A DNA stretch of 64,000 bases, taken from positions 1 through 64,000 of IMG/VR virus record IMGVR_UViG_3300023179_000033; one strand, given 5' to 3'. Position 1 is the stretch's first letter; the number at the start of each line of letters is the position of its first letter. The stretch comes from a virus. The translations under genes and the position numbers were made by a program. Positions 47,361 to 57,082 of the stretch are shown here, piece by piece. The notes below the pieces were generated by a model. That model did not search any database. It was not told the origin of the DNA and saw only the letters and a program-made list of their open reading frames with translations.

Positions 47361-48253
47361 ATGTTTATCAAATCCTAACGGACTTAGGATATAAATTAAA
47401 AGATTATGGTAAAGAATATAGAACTAAACCCTTATACAGGGAAAGTGATAATGATACTGTATTAAAAATATATAAAGACTCAGGACATTGGTTTGATTTT
47501 AAAGAAAATATTAGTGGAGATTTTAATTCTTTGGTTAGCATGACTCTTAAACTAGAGAATCCAGAGAAAGCAAAAGAATGGCTTAAAGATAAAAATTTCT
47601 CATTTAATCGTGCTTTTGAACCAACAAAACCATTATTAAAATCTACAAAGAAATTTGATATTGATCTTTTAAACAATTTAGATCAAGACAATAAATATTG
47701 GAATAAAAGAGGAGTAGATAATCAAACCTTATTAGATTTTAAAGGTGGGGTTGCAAAAGCAGGAAAGATGAAGAATAGATATGTTTTCCCAATATTTGAT
47801 ACTAAAAAGAATATTATAGGATTTTCTGGCAGAGATATTACTGCAATTTCTAAAATAAAATGGAAGCATTTAGGAGAAAAGAATGATTTTCTTTATCCAT
47901 TATTTTTAAACTCAAATGAAATAGAAAAGCAGAAAGAGATAATACTTGTTGAAAGTATTGGCGATATGTTAAGTTTATATCAAGCTGGAATTAGAAATGT
48001 TTTAGTTACATTTGGTACAAATCTTAGTTTATCAATTTTAAATTATTGTTTAAAAACTGATATGAAAAAAATCTATATAAGTTTAAATAATGATTCTAAT
48101 AAAAATAATGCAGGTAATATTGCAGCAGAAAAAACTTACGCCAGACTTAAAAGATATTTTGACGATAAGCAACTAAAAATATCTCTACCAACAAAAAAAG
48201 ATTTTGGTGAAATGACTAAAGAAGAAATTTTACAATGGAAAGCAAATCTTTAA
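47348..48253 (+). CDS. dnaG: DNA primase (TOPRIM), zinc finger degenerate
   Basis: NRYVFPI..IIGFSGR, ILVESIGD, FGT, KKDFGEM. Confidence 0.85.
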   Translation: MEQVNVYQILTDLGYKLKDYGKEYRTKPLYRESDNDTVLKIYKDSGHWFDFKENISGDFNSLVSMTLKLENPEKAKEWLKDKNFSFNRAFEPTKPLLKSTKKFDIDLLNNLDQDNKYWNKRGVDNQTLLDFKGGVAKAGKMKNRYVFPIFDTKKNIIGFSGRDITAISKIKWKHLGEKNDFLYPLFLNSNEIEKQKEIILVESIGDMLSLYQAGIRNVLVTFGTNLSLSILNYCLKTDMKKIYISLNNDSNKNNAGNIAAEKTYARLKRYFDDKQLKISLPTKKDFGEMTKEEILQWKANL

Positions 48254-49224
48254 AAGTATTATCTGCTTCTAGAATTAAAACTCTTGAGACTTGCTCTTGG
48301 GTTTATTGGAATAACTATCATACTAAAGTTCCTCAAACTCAAAATGATGGCGCGGCTAGAGGTGTTATTTGCCATACTATTTTTGAACTTCTCTTAAATC
48401 CAAAACACAAATCGCATTATACTAAAATCATAAAAAAGAATTCTATTAAAGGTAGTAAAGCAATTACAAAATTAGTCAAAAAATTAAAAGCTAAAGTTGG
48501 ACTAGATGAGTCGAACTTTGATATTTTAGATCAGATGATTATGGTTGGTCTAAAACATGACTTTTTTGGTGAGAAAGATGGTGAGATTGTTTCTCCAGAA
48601 TATGCCTTTGAAATTAAGAATGATAACCCTAAATATCATATTAAGGGCTTTATTGATAAGCCTATTAAATCAAAAAACAAAATGGTTATAATTGACTATA
48701 AAAGCTCCAAGGCTAAATTTAGGGGAGATGACCTTGAAGCTAATATTCAAGCTATGATGTATAGTTTAGCTAGTAAAAAATTATGGCCTAAACTTAAACC
48801 TATTGTGCGCTTCTTATTCTTAAGATTTCCAAAACAACCTATACAAGAACTTGAGTTCACCGAAGATCAAATCAAAGGATTTGAATACTATCTAGAACAT
48901 ATAAATGACTATATCAATAAATTTGATGAAAATGCGGCCAAAGCTAATTTTGCTATAGATAATGATAAGAGTAAATGGATGTGCGGAGTAGGTAACTGGA
49001 GATGTCCATACAGAGATTCCTATGAATATTATGTAAAATTAAATGATAAAGGTGATATTATTGAGACTAGTCTAGATGGTAAATTTAAAGATATTAAAGG
49101 ATTTGAAATTCAAAAAAGAAAATATATGGGTTGCCCAAAGTTCAATAATATAACAAAAGATGAATTTTTAGATAAAAAACAAGACGAATTTTTAGATAAA
49201 AAACAAGACGAATTTTTAGATTGA
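48235..49224 (+). CDS. PD-(D/E)XK nuclease (RecB/Cas4-like exonuclease)
   Basis: LSASRI...C, G...H, KGFID...IIDYKS, Q..MY, C-terminal Cys cluster. Confidence 0.85.
   Translation: MESKSLKVLSASRIKTLETCSWVYWNNYHTKVPQTQNDGAARGVICHTIFELLLNPKHKSHYTKIIKKNSIKGSKAITKLVKKLKAKVGLDESNFDILDQMIMVGLKHDFFGEKDGEIVSPEYAFEIKNDNPKYHIKGFIDKPIKSKNKMVIIDYKSSKAKFRGDDLEANIQAMMYSLASKKLWPKLKPIVRFLFLRFPKQPIQELEFTEDQIKGFEYYLEHINDYINKFDENAAKANFAIDNDKSKWMCGVGNWRCPYRDSYEYYVKLNDKGDIIETSLDGKFKDIKGFEIQKRKYMGCPKFNNITKDEFLDKKQDEFLDKKQDEFLD
49159..49221 (+). repeat. 24-nt tandem repeat (about 2.6 copies) encoding DEFLD-KKQDEFLD-KKQDEFLD
   Basis: AAAAAACAAGACGAATTTTTAGAT at 49174-49197 and 49198-49221, plus a partial copy upstream. 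Confidence 0.9.
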
Positions 49225-49249
49225 TTACATATAAAACTTCAGCTATACT
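49221..49249 (+). promoter_or_regulatory. sigma70-type promoter
   Basis: TTGATT-17-TATACT before ATG 49257. Confidence 0.55.
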
Positions 49250-49256
49250 AAATAAA

Positions 49257-50003
49257 ATGATACCATTGTTTAAGTCGCACTATTCTTTGGGCAGATCAAT
49301 CTTAACTATTGAAAATAAAGATGCAGCAGACGATTATCCAGATTCAATTATTCAAATAGCAAAAGAGAATAATCTTAAAGAAATTTATCTTGTAGAAGAT
49401 AATATGTCTTCTTTTCTAGAAGCATATACTAATACTAAATTAAATAATATCAAATTAAATTATGGATTAAGAGTATCAATTACAGAATCTATTAATGATA
49501 AAACTGAAGAATCTAGACAAAAGAACTCTAAAATTATTATATTCTTTAAAAACAAAAAAGGCCACGAACTTTTAACAAAATTATTCAGTATTGCCGCAAA
49601 AACAGGATTCTATTATGAGCCAAGATTAGACTATGATACTTTAAGTAAAAACTGGAGTGATGATCTAATATTAGCAATACCATTCTATGATTCATTTATA
49701 TTTAATAATACTTTAAGAAATTCAATCTGTATACCTCAATTTAATTTCACAAAACCAGTTATATTTATTGAAGATAATGATTTACCATTTGATTTAATTA
49801 TCAAAGATAAAATGCAAAAATATGCAAAAGAAAATGAACTTGAGGTTTACAAAGTTAAAAGTATCTATTATAATAAAAGAAAAGATTTTAAAACATACTT
49901 AACATTCAGATGCATTAATAATAGAAGTATTTTAAATAAACCAGAACTAGAACATATGTCCAGTAATGAATTTTCTTTTGAGAGTTATTTAGGAGCAAAA
50001 TAA
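49257..50003 (+). CDS. stand-alone DnaE PHP domain
   Basis: LFKSHYS..SIL, EDN, YGL, FFKN..G..L.KL.S.A..GFYY.PR.D. Confidence 0.82.
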   Translation: MIPLFKSHYSLGRSILTIENKDAADDYPDSIIQIAKENNLKEIYLVEDNMSSFLEAYTNTKLNNIKLNYGLRVSITESINDKTEESRQKNSKIIIFFKNKKGHELLTKLFSIAAKTGFYYEPRLDYDTLSKNWSDDLILAIPFYDSFIFNNTLRNSICIPQFNFTKPVIFIEDNDLPFDLIIKDKMQKYAKENELEVYKVKSIYYNKRKDFKTYLTFRCINNRSILNKPELEHMSSNEFSFESYLGAK

Positions 50004-50641
50004 TGGACGAGCATCTCTTAAGATACGACAAAAAGAAAACGCTAGTTTTTATAGATTGTGAGACATTCAATCTTTGTTTAAATTTTTGCCACAATCTTCC
50101 TTGGCAAATTGCAATGATCAAAGTGCAAGGTGATAAAAAAATTGATGAAAAAAACTTTTATATTAAATGGCAAACAGAATTAAAGATAAGTCAAGACGCT
50201 GCGAGAATTACTAGATATGATCATAAGAAAGTGCAAAAAGAAGGCCAAGATCCTAAAGAATTATTTCCAACAATTAAAGATTGGCTAGATCATGCAGATT
50301 ATATTATCGGCCATAATACTTTAGGTTTTGATATTTACTTAATAAAAGAATATTATAAATATATGGGTTGCAATTGGCATCATTTAGTAAATAAATTTAT
50401 TGATACAAATGCTATTGCTCGTGGAATTAAATATGGAACACAATATAATCCAAAAGAAAGTCTAATTGAATATCAATATAAAATATATCATACAAGAAAG
50501 AAAAATGTAAAAAGTTCATTAACTGCACTAGGTAAAGAAAATGGAATTGAACATGATTATGATAAACTGCACGATGCAATTAATGATCTTGACTTAAATT
50601 TAAAAGTATGGAATAAATTGAAATGGCAAGTAGAGGTATAA
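50003..50641 (+). CDS. DEDDh 3'-5' exonuclease (DnaQ-like)
   Basis: FIDCET, GHN..GFD, IDT, HDAIND. Confidence 0.88.
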   Translation: MDEHLLRYDKKKTLVFIDCETFNLCLNFCHNLPWQIAMIKVQGDKKIDEKNFYIKWQTELKISQDAARITRYDHKKVQKEGQDPKELFPTIKDWLDHADYIIGHNTLGFDIYLIKEYYKYMGCNWHHLVNKFIDTNAIARGIKYGTQYNPKESLIEYQYKIYHTRKKNVKSSLTALGKENGIEHDYDKLHDAINDLDLNLKVWNKLKWQVEV

Positions 50642-50642
50642 T

Positions 50643-50858
50643 ATGGCATCATTAGATGATATTTATGATATGGTTCAAAAATTAGATGATTCTAATATAG
50701 AATATCTTTTAATTACAATACAAAAAGGTAAAAAGACTGGAAAAGCAGATGTGTTTTATTGCTTAAAAGATAAAAACTCAATGAGGATATTAACTCATGG
50801 ATTAAATCAATTTAGTAAAGAGATAGATAGGTTAGAAGATGAAGGAAAATTTGAATAA
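50643..50858 (+). CDS. hypothetical protein
   Basis: 71-aa ORF closely coupled to neighbours. Confidence 0.6.
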   Translation: MASLDDIYDMVQKLDDSNIEYLLITIQKGKKTGKADVFYCLKDKNSMRILTHGLNQFSKEIDRLEDEGKFE

Positions 50859-53445
50859 TATTTTAGAAGATAAAAAGTTTTCCTCTAAATTTCAAGATTT
50901 AGATTTAGGCTTACATGGCGTAAGACTTCCAGAATTTAACATTGAATCTTCAACAAAACGACATCTTAACCTTAGCGAAGATGTTTCAAATTATGATTTC
51001 CTTAGAGCATTAGCTCTAAATGGATTTAAAGATCTAAAAATAGATAAAAGTCTACCAGAATATAAAAAATATGTAGATCGCGCAAAATATGAGTTAGAAA
51101 CATTAAAAGAATTAGGCTTTATTGATTATGTACTACTTGTTTGGGATGTTATTAATTTTTGTAAAACAAGTAATATTCCTGTTGGTTTAGGTAGAGGTTC
51201 TGCTGCAGGATCTTTAATCCTTTATCTCATTGGCGTAACAAGAATTGATCCAGTTAAATATAACCTTTATTTTGAAAGATTTATATCCAAGATTCGAGCT
51301 AAAAAGCAAGTTGTTAATGGGATAACCTATTTGGATGGTAGTTTAATGTGTGACGTAGATCTTGACATTTGTTATTACAATCGTCATAAAGTATTGGAAT
51401 ATCTTGAAAATAAATTTAAAGGTAAAACAAGTAAAATCTTAACTCTTAATACTCTTAGCGGAAAATTACTTATAAAAGAATGCGGTAAAATCGTAGGCGA
51501 AAAAACTGAAGAGGAAATGACTACAATATCTTCTTTAATTCCAAAAGTATTCGGACAAGTTAAAGATATTACAACTGCTTATAAAGAAATATCTAAATTC
51601 CAAGAATGGTGTGATGAAAACAAAGAGGTTTATGAGATAGCTTTAAAACTTAGAGATTTAATTAAAAATAAAGGCGTACATCCATCTGGAGTATTACTTT
51701 CATATGATGATTTAGAGAAAGTATGTCCAACAGAATTTTCTTCTGATAAAGAGCCTGTTTCAAGTTTTGATATGAATTGGGTAAGTTTATTTAATATTAA
51801 ACTAGATATTCTAGGCTTAAGAAGCGTCTCTGTCGTACATGACGTATGTAAAAATATAGGAATAAAAGTTGAAGATATTAATCTAAATGACGAATCAATC
51901 TACAGAAATCTTCAAGATCTAAAAACTCCACATGGATTATTTCAAATTGAAGCAGATACAAATTTTAAAGTATGTCAAAAAGTAAAACCAAAGAATCTAG
52001 AAGAACTTAGTGGCGTTCTTGCTCTAGCTAGACCGGGAGCACTTCAATTCGTAGATAAATATGCAAGATACACAAATACAGGAGAATACGAAAGTATTCA
52101 TCCATTCTTTGATGAGATCTTAAAACAAACTGGTGGAGTCGCACTTTATCAAGAGCAGTTGATGCAAATGGCGCACAAGATTGGATTTACTCTCGATGAA
52201 GCAGAAATCTTAAGAAGAATTGTAGGTAAGAAAAAGATTGAAGAAATTAAAGCATGGCAAAAGAAAATTGATGCAAAGATAAAACAAAGTAAATTACCAA
52301 AAGAAGTCGGAGATATTCTATGGAAGATTATGGAAGACTCTGCGAATTATTCATTTAATAAATCTCATTCACTTGCATACGCAGCTTTAGCCGCAGTTAC
52401 AATTTATCTTAAGTTTAATTATCCTCAACAATTCTTTTTATCCTTATTAAAAATGAGTAGAAATGAGCCAGATCCAATTGGTGAAATATCTAAAATCCAA
52501 AAAGAGATGCATGAATTTAAAATTGAACTTTTACCACCTCATATTATTAAATCAGACATGGACTTTTCAACAGAAGATACAAACATTCGTTTTGGTTTAC
52601 TATCTATTAAAGGAATTTCCGATAAATCAATAGAAAAATTAAATAGCTTTAGGAACAAATATTCTAATAAATTTGAAATATTTCAAGCCGCAGAAGAAGC
52701 AGATCTTAACATCGGAGTATTGTCCGCATTAATTCAAGCGGGCGCATTAAGTGGATTTAGTCAGTCTAGATCAAAGATTGTATTAGAAGCTCAACTCTGG
52801 AATATTCTTACATCTAAAGAAAAAAGATATGCAATTTCATTTGCTGAAAAATTTGATTATGATTTAATTAAAATTATTAAACATCTTAATCAATTTACTG
52901 ATGAAAAGAATCATACTGTCATTAAAGATAATAGATTAAAGACAATTAAGAATAAATATGATCCATATTTAAAAATCTATAATCAAAATAGTAAAAGTGA
53001 AAGTTTCGCTAATTGGTATTATGAAAAGAAGCTTCTAGGATATACATATAATAAATCTCTTAAAGAAATCTTTTCTGAAAAAAGAGAAAATTTAAATTAT
53101 GTTTCAGATATTACAGATATTCCAATAAATACTAAAATAGCATTTGTTGGTCAAATTGATGAAGTATTTTCTGGTGTATCCAAGAATGAAAAGAAAACAA
53201 GATATGTCCGTTTAAAAATATCAGATGAAACAGGATATATTAATGTTTTAATATTTAATGACAATATTGAAAACAATAAATTATTAAATAACAAGAATTT
53301 TGAAGAAGGTAATATTGTTATAGTAAAAGGGTTAAAAAGAGATGATTGTATATTCGGTGATCTAGTAGCAATTCAAGATCAACAAATCTATATGAAATTA
53401 AATGATTTAAAGAAAATAATTGACAACAATAATAATAAAGAATAA
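50839..53445 (+). CDS. dnaE: DNA polymerase III alpha catalytic portion (lacks PHP domain)
   Basis: GRGSAAGSL, LYFERF, DVDLD, HPSG, KLDILGL, GLFQ, YQEQLM, YSFNKSH, C-terminal OB fold. Confidence 0.95.
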   Translation: MKENLNNILEDKKFSSKFQDLDLGLHGVRLPEFNIESSTKRHLNLSEDVSNYDFLRALALNGFKDLKIDKSLPEYKKYVDRAKYELETLKELGFIDYVLLVWDVINFCKTSNIPVGLGRGSAAGSLILYLIGVTRIDPVKYNLYFERFISKIRAKKQVVNGITYLDGSLMCDVDLDICYYNRHKVLEYLENKFKGKTSKILTLNTLSGKLLIKECGKIVGEKTEEEMTTISSLIPKVFGQVKDITTAYKEISKFQEWCDENKEVYEIALKLRDLIKNKGVHPSGVLLSYDDLEKVCPTEFSSDKEPVSSFDMNWVSLFNIKLDILGLRSVSVVHDVCKNIGIKVEDINLNDESIYRNLQDLKTPHGLFQIEADTNFKVCQKVKPKNLEELSGVLALARPGALQFVDKYARYTNTGEYESIHPFFDEILKQTGGVALYQEQLMQMAHKIGFTLDEAEILRRIVGKKKIEEIKAWQKKIDAKIKQSKLPKEVGDILWKIMEDSANYSFNKSHSLAYAALAAVTIYLKFNYPQQFFLSLLKMSRNEPDPIGEISKIQKEMHEFKIELLPPHIIKSDMDFSTEDTNIRFGLLSIKGISDKSIEKLNSFRNKYSNKFEIFQAAEEADLNIGVLSALIQAGALSGFSQSRSKIVLEAQLWNILTSKEKRYAISFAEKFDYDLIKIIKHLNQFTDEKNHTVIKDNRLKTIKNKYDPYLKIYNQNSKSESFANWYYEKKLLGYTYNKSLKEIFSEKRENLNYVSDITDIPINTKIAFVGQIDEVFSGVSKNEKKTRYVRLKISDETGYINVLIFNDNIENNKLLNNKNFEEGNIVIVKGLKRDDCIFGDLVAIQDQQIYMKLNDLKKIIDNNNNKE

Positions 53446-53448
53446 TAT
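53420..53448 (+). promoter_or_regulatory. sigma70-type promoter
   Basis: TTGACA-17-TAATAT before ATG 53455. Confidence 0.65.
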
Positions 53449-53454
53449 ACTTAT

Positions 53455-53997
53455 ATGATATCATTTTATAAACCAAATAGTAAAAATACAGGTACAGCTT
53501 GTAGTTTCAGCGTAAATTCAAAAGAAGGATCAGTATGGAGTTCATTAATTAAGCAAAGTTCTTGGAATGAATCTACAAAAACTGGCTCATTCTCTGATAA
53601 TAAAGATAATCCACAAAAAAGTGCAAGGATTAAGTTTTCACAAACAGAAGTTGCAGGTCTACTAGAAACTCTCGATAAAAATACTGAGTTTTCTGCATAT
53701 CATTCTTCAGATAAACAAATAACTAAAATTAAATTTGCACCTTATATTAAAGATGATAAGCAAGTTGGCTTTTCTTATAGCGTTCATAAAGAACAAAAAG
53801 ATAATATCGAAAATAAGCAATCATTTTTGCTTGGTTTTTATTTTAACGAAGCTAGACTTTTGAAAGAATTTTTAACTCATTCATTGCATTCTATCTTCAA
53901 ATCACAAGAAGTAGAAGCAATTAAAAAGATTAAAAATTCAAAACAGAATCAAGTATCAAATAAAAATAGCGCCGAAGAAGATGGCGAACTTTGGTAA
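53455..53997 (+). CDS. hypothetical protein, possible ssDNA-binding protein
   Basis: beta-rich; acidic-aromatic tail EEDGELW; located after dnaE. Confidence 0.5.
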   Translation: MISFYKPNSKNTGTACSFSVNSKEGSVWSSLIKQSSWNESTKTGSFSDNKDNPQKSARIKFSQTEVAGLLETLDKNTEFSAYHSSDKQITKIKFAPYIKDDKQVGFSYSVHKEQKDNIENKQSFLLGFYFNEARLLKEFLTHSLHSIFKSQEVEAIKKIKNSKQNQVSNKNSAEEDGELW

Positions 53998-53999
53998 TT

Positions 54000-55931
54000 G
54001 TGTCTCGAAAAAAGAAAATAGTTTATCAATCTGATTTTGCTCTTGCCAAAACTGGATTTGGTAGAGCAGCAAAAGCGCTTTTAACTTTTCTTTATAAGAC
54101 AGGTAAATATGATATTGTTCATTATTGTTGCGGGATGCAGTATTCAAATCCAGAACTTAAAAAAACTCCTTGGAAATCAGTAGGTTCATTACCAGATAAT
54201 CCGCAAGAGATCGAACAGTTAAATAAAGATCCTAATGTAGCTAGATTAGCAAGTTATGGCGCGCATTACTTGGATAGAATCATTCAAGAAGAAAAACCAG
54301 ATGTTTATATTGCAGTTCAAGATATTTGGGGAATTGATTTTGCTATTGATAAAAAGTGGTTTAATAAAATTTCATCTGTGCTTTGGACTACTTTAGATTC
54401 ACTTCCAATTTTACCTACAGCAGTAGAAAAAGCTCCAAAAATTAAAAATTATTGGATTTGGAGTGATTTCGCTACGCAAGCATTACATAAATTAGGACAT
54501 AATCATGTTGAAACTATGCATGGTCCAATTGAGGCATCTAGTTTTTTTAGACTAGAAAATTCAGAAAGAGATAATCTTAGAAAAAAATTTAATATTCCTT
54601 TAGATGCATTTATCGTTGGATTTGTATTTAGAAATCAATTAAGAAAAAGTGTTCCAAACCTGCTTGAAGGATATGCTCTTTGGAAGAGATCAAATCCACA
54701 AATTAAAAATACATTTTTATTATTACATACTCATTGGAGTGAAGGATGGAATATCCATAAATTAGCTAAAGAATATGATATTGATCTAAGAGAAATTTTA
54801 ACTACATATATATGTAAAAATTGTGGAAATTATGAAATTAAACCTTTTCATGGACAAGATGTAGATTGTAGATTCTGTGGCAGTCAAAAGAGTCAATTAA
54901 CAACAAATGTAGGAATTGGAGTTACTGAAGAACAATTAAATGAAGTTTATAATTTAATGGATGTTTATTGTCATCCATTTACAAGTGGTGGACAAGAAAT
55001 ACCAATTCAAGAAGCAAAACTAACTGAATTAATCACCCTAGTAACGAATTATAGTTGTGGAGAAGAAATGTGTACCGAAGGAGCAGGAACTCTTGAATTA
55101 GAATGGAGCGAATATAGAGAACATGGCACAGAATTTATTAAGGCTTCTACAAAACCAAACTCTATAGCAAAACAATTAAATAAAGTTTATAATTTACCAA
55201 TACAAAAAAGAAGAGATATGGGCAAACAAGCAAGAGAGTGGACGATAGAAAATTTCTCTGTAGAAAAAGTAGGTCAAAAAATTAGCGAGTTTATTGATAA
55301 TTGCCCATTTACAGACTATGACTTTTCTTTGCAAGAAGAAGAAAAGAATCCATTTTGTCAAATCCCAGAGATTAAAAATGATGCAGAATGGCTAACATTT
55401 ATGTATCATAATATTCTTAGGATGAAAGATGTAGATAATAATGACGATGGACACAAATACTGGATGAATGAAATTTCAAAAGGTGCAAAACGTCAGGATA
55501 TTGAAAATTACTTTAGACAAGTTGCTACTCAAGAGAATCAAAAAAATAAAAAAATTGATTTTGTAGACCTACTTGATAAAGATGACGAAGGCAAAAGAAT
55601 TTTATATGTTATGCCAGAGAGCATTGGAGATATTTATATCTCAACTGCACTTTTTGAGAATATTAAAAAACAATATCCTAACCATAATTTATATGTTGCA
55701 ACAAAACCAGAATACTTTGAAATTTTGCAAGGAAATCCATATATACATAAACTATTACAATATATGCCACAGATGGATCAATTACTTTGGCTTGAAGGAG
55801 TAGGTGATCATAAAGGCTATTTTGAAGTAGCGTTTCTTCCACACGCAGGAACGCAAAGATTTCTTGATTATTTACATAATGGTAAAACTAATATACAATT
55901 TGATATAAAGGATCAACATGCATTTAATTGA
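54000..55931 (+). CDS. GT4 glycosyltransferase with zinc-ribbon insertion and C-terminal GT9-like N-domain
   Basis: KTGFG, FRNQLRK, CKNC..CRFC, YNLMDVY.HP..GGQEIP..EA, SIGDI...NPYI. Confidence 0.78.
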   Translation: MSRKKKIVYQSDFALAKTGFGRAAKALLTFLYKTGKYDIVHYCCGMQYSNPELKKTPWKSVGSLPDNPQEIEQLNKDPNVARLASYGAHYLDRIIQEEKPDVYIAVQDIWGIDFAIDKKWFNKISSVLWTTLDSLPILPTAVEKAPKIKNYWIWSDFATQALHKLGHNHVETMHGPIEASSFFRLENSERDNLRKKFNIPLDAFIVGFVFRNQLRKSVPNLLEGYALWKRSNPQIKNTFLLLHTHWSEGWNIHKLAKEYDIDLREILTTYICKNCGNYEIKPFHGQDVDCRFCGSQKSQLTTNVGIGVTEEQLNEVYNLMDVYCHPFTSGGQEIPIQEAKLTELITLVTNYSCGEEMCTEGAGTLELEWSEYREHGTEFIKASTKPNSIAKQLNKVYNLPIQKRRDMGKQAREWTIENFSVEKVGQKISEFIDNCPFTDYDFSLQEEEKNPFCQIPEIKNDAEWLTFMYHNILRMKDVDNNDDGHKYWMNEISKGAKRQDIENYFRQVATQENQKNKKIDFVDLLDKDDEGKRILYVMPESIGDIYISTALFENIKKQYPNHNLYVATKPEYFEILQGNPYIHKLLQYMPQMDQLLWLEGVGDHKGYFEVAFLPHAGTQRFLDYLHNGKTNIQFDIKDQHAFN

Positions 55932-57060
55932 AAGATATGCAGCTTCTTGCGGCGTTAAGATAGGTAAACCATATATCTATGATACTTATTTCCCCTTAAC
56001 TGCAGAAAAATATATATCATTTCAACCATTTAGTAAGTATCCATCAAAGAATTATGATTATTGGGATGAAGTTATTGCTATTCTTCATCCATTTTTACAA
56101 AAAGAAAATATCCAACTTGTTCAGATTGGCGCAAAAGATGATAAAGCAATTAATAACACAATTAATCTATGCGGTCAAACAAAAATTTCTCAAGCTGCTT
56201 ATATAATAAAAAATGGATTAATGCACCTTGGCGCGGATAGTTTTGCTTCTCATATTGCTTCTGGATATGGCAAAAAAATTGTAGCATTATATTCAAATAA
56301 TAATATTAATAATGTAAAACCATACTGGACAAAACCAGAAGATATGATCTTACTAGAACCAAAATTAAATAAAAAGCCCCAATATTCAGTAAATGAAATA
56401 CCTAAAAGTATTAATAATATTAAACCCGAAGCAATTGCTGAAGCTATTCTTAAATTACTTAATATTAAATATGAAAATCTTCCAGAAACAAAATATATTG
56501 GACCAGAATATATAAATAAAACATTTGAAATAATTCCAGATAAACCTTTAAATATATCTCAAATACCTATAGATCCAATTGTAGTACGAATGGATTACTT
56601 CTTTAATGAGCAAGTATTAGAATTTTATCTTCAACATAAAAAATGCATTATATTCACAAACAAACCAATAAATGAACAATTATTGAAAAAATACAAAACA
56701 AATATACCTCAATTAGTTTATATTATTGAAAAAGACAATGATCCATCATTCGCTAAAACGTTAAAAAATAATACAATAAACGCTGGATTTATATCTTATT
56801 TACCAGAACAGGAGCTTAATCTATTTAAATTAAATTATATGGATTATGGATTAATTGCCAGAAGAGATTATCCTACAGATAAAATTAATTTTAATGATAA
56901 AACTTATTATAAATCATCAAGAATAATACTATCTTCTGAAGGTCAATTTAATACTAAATATCAATGGGTTACAAAAGATCTTTCTAATAAGTATAAAAAT
57001 GAAGAACTCTTAAACCAAGAACTACATAATTTCTACATATTTTCACTTGACCAGAAATAA
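55918..57060 (+). CDS. GT9-like C-terminal domain protein
   Basis: K.YDYW.EV, VQIG, L.GQT, HLGADSFASHIA. Confidence 0.7.
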   Translation: MHLIERYAASCGVKIGKPYIYDTYFPLTAEKYISFQPFSKYPSKNYDYWDEVIAILHPFLQKENIQLVQIGAKDDKAINNTINLCGQTKISQAAYIIKNGLMHLGADSFASHIASGYGKKIVALYSNNNINNVKPYWTKPEDMILLEPKLNKKPQYSVNEIPKSINNIKPEAIAEAILKLLNIKYENLPETKYIGPEYINKTFEIIPDKPLNISQIPIDPIVVRMDYFFNEQVLEFYLQHKKCIIFTNKPINEQLLKKYKTNIPQLVYIIEKDNDPSFAKTLKNNTINAGFISYLPEQELNLFKLNYMDYGLIARRDYPTDKINFNDKTYYKSSRIILSSEGQFNTKYQWVTKDLSNKYKNEELLNQELHNFYIFSLDQK

Positions 57061-57075
57061 AAACTATAGTAAGAT
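57047..57075 (+). promoter_or_regulatory. sigma70-type promoter
   Basis: TTGACC-17-TAAGAT before ATG 57083. Confidence 0.55.
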
Positions 57076-57082
57076 TTATAAA

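Noticed and set aside
48235-49224. CRISPR-Cas system (Cas4-like gene plus repeats)
   Set aside because: The repeat is a spacer-less coding tandem repeat; no array or other cas genes seen in the window
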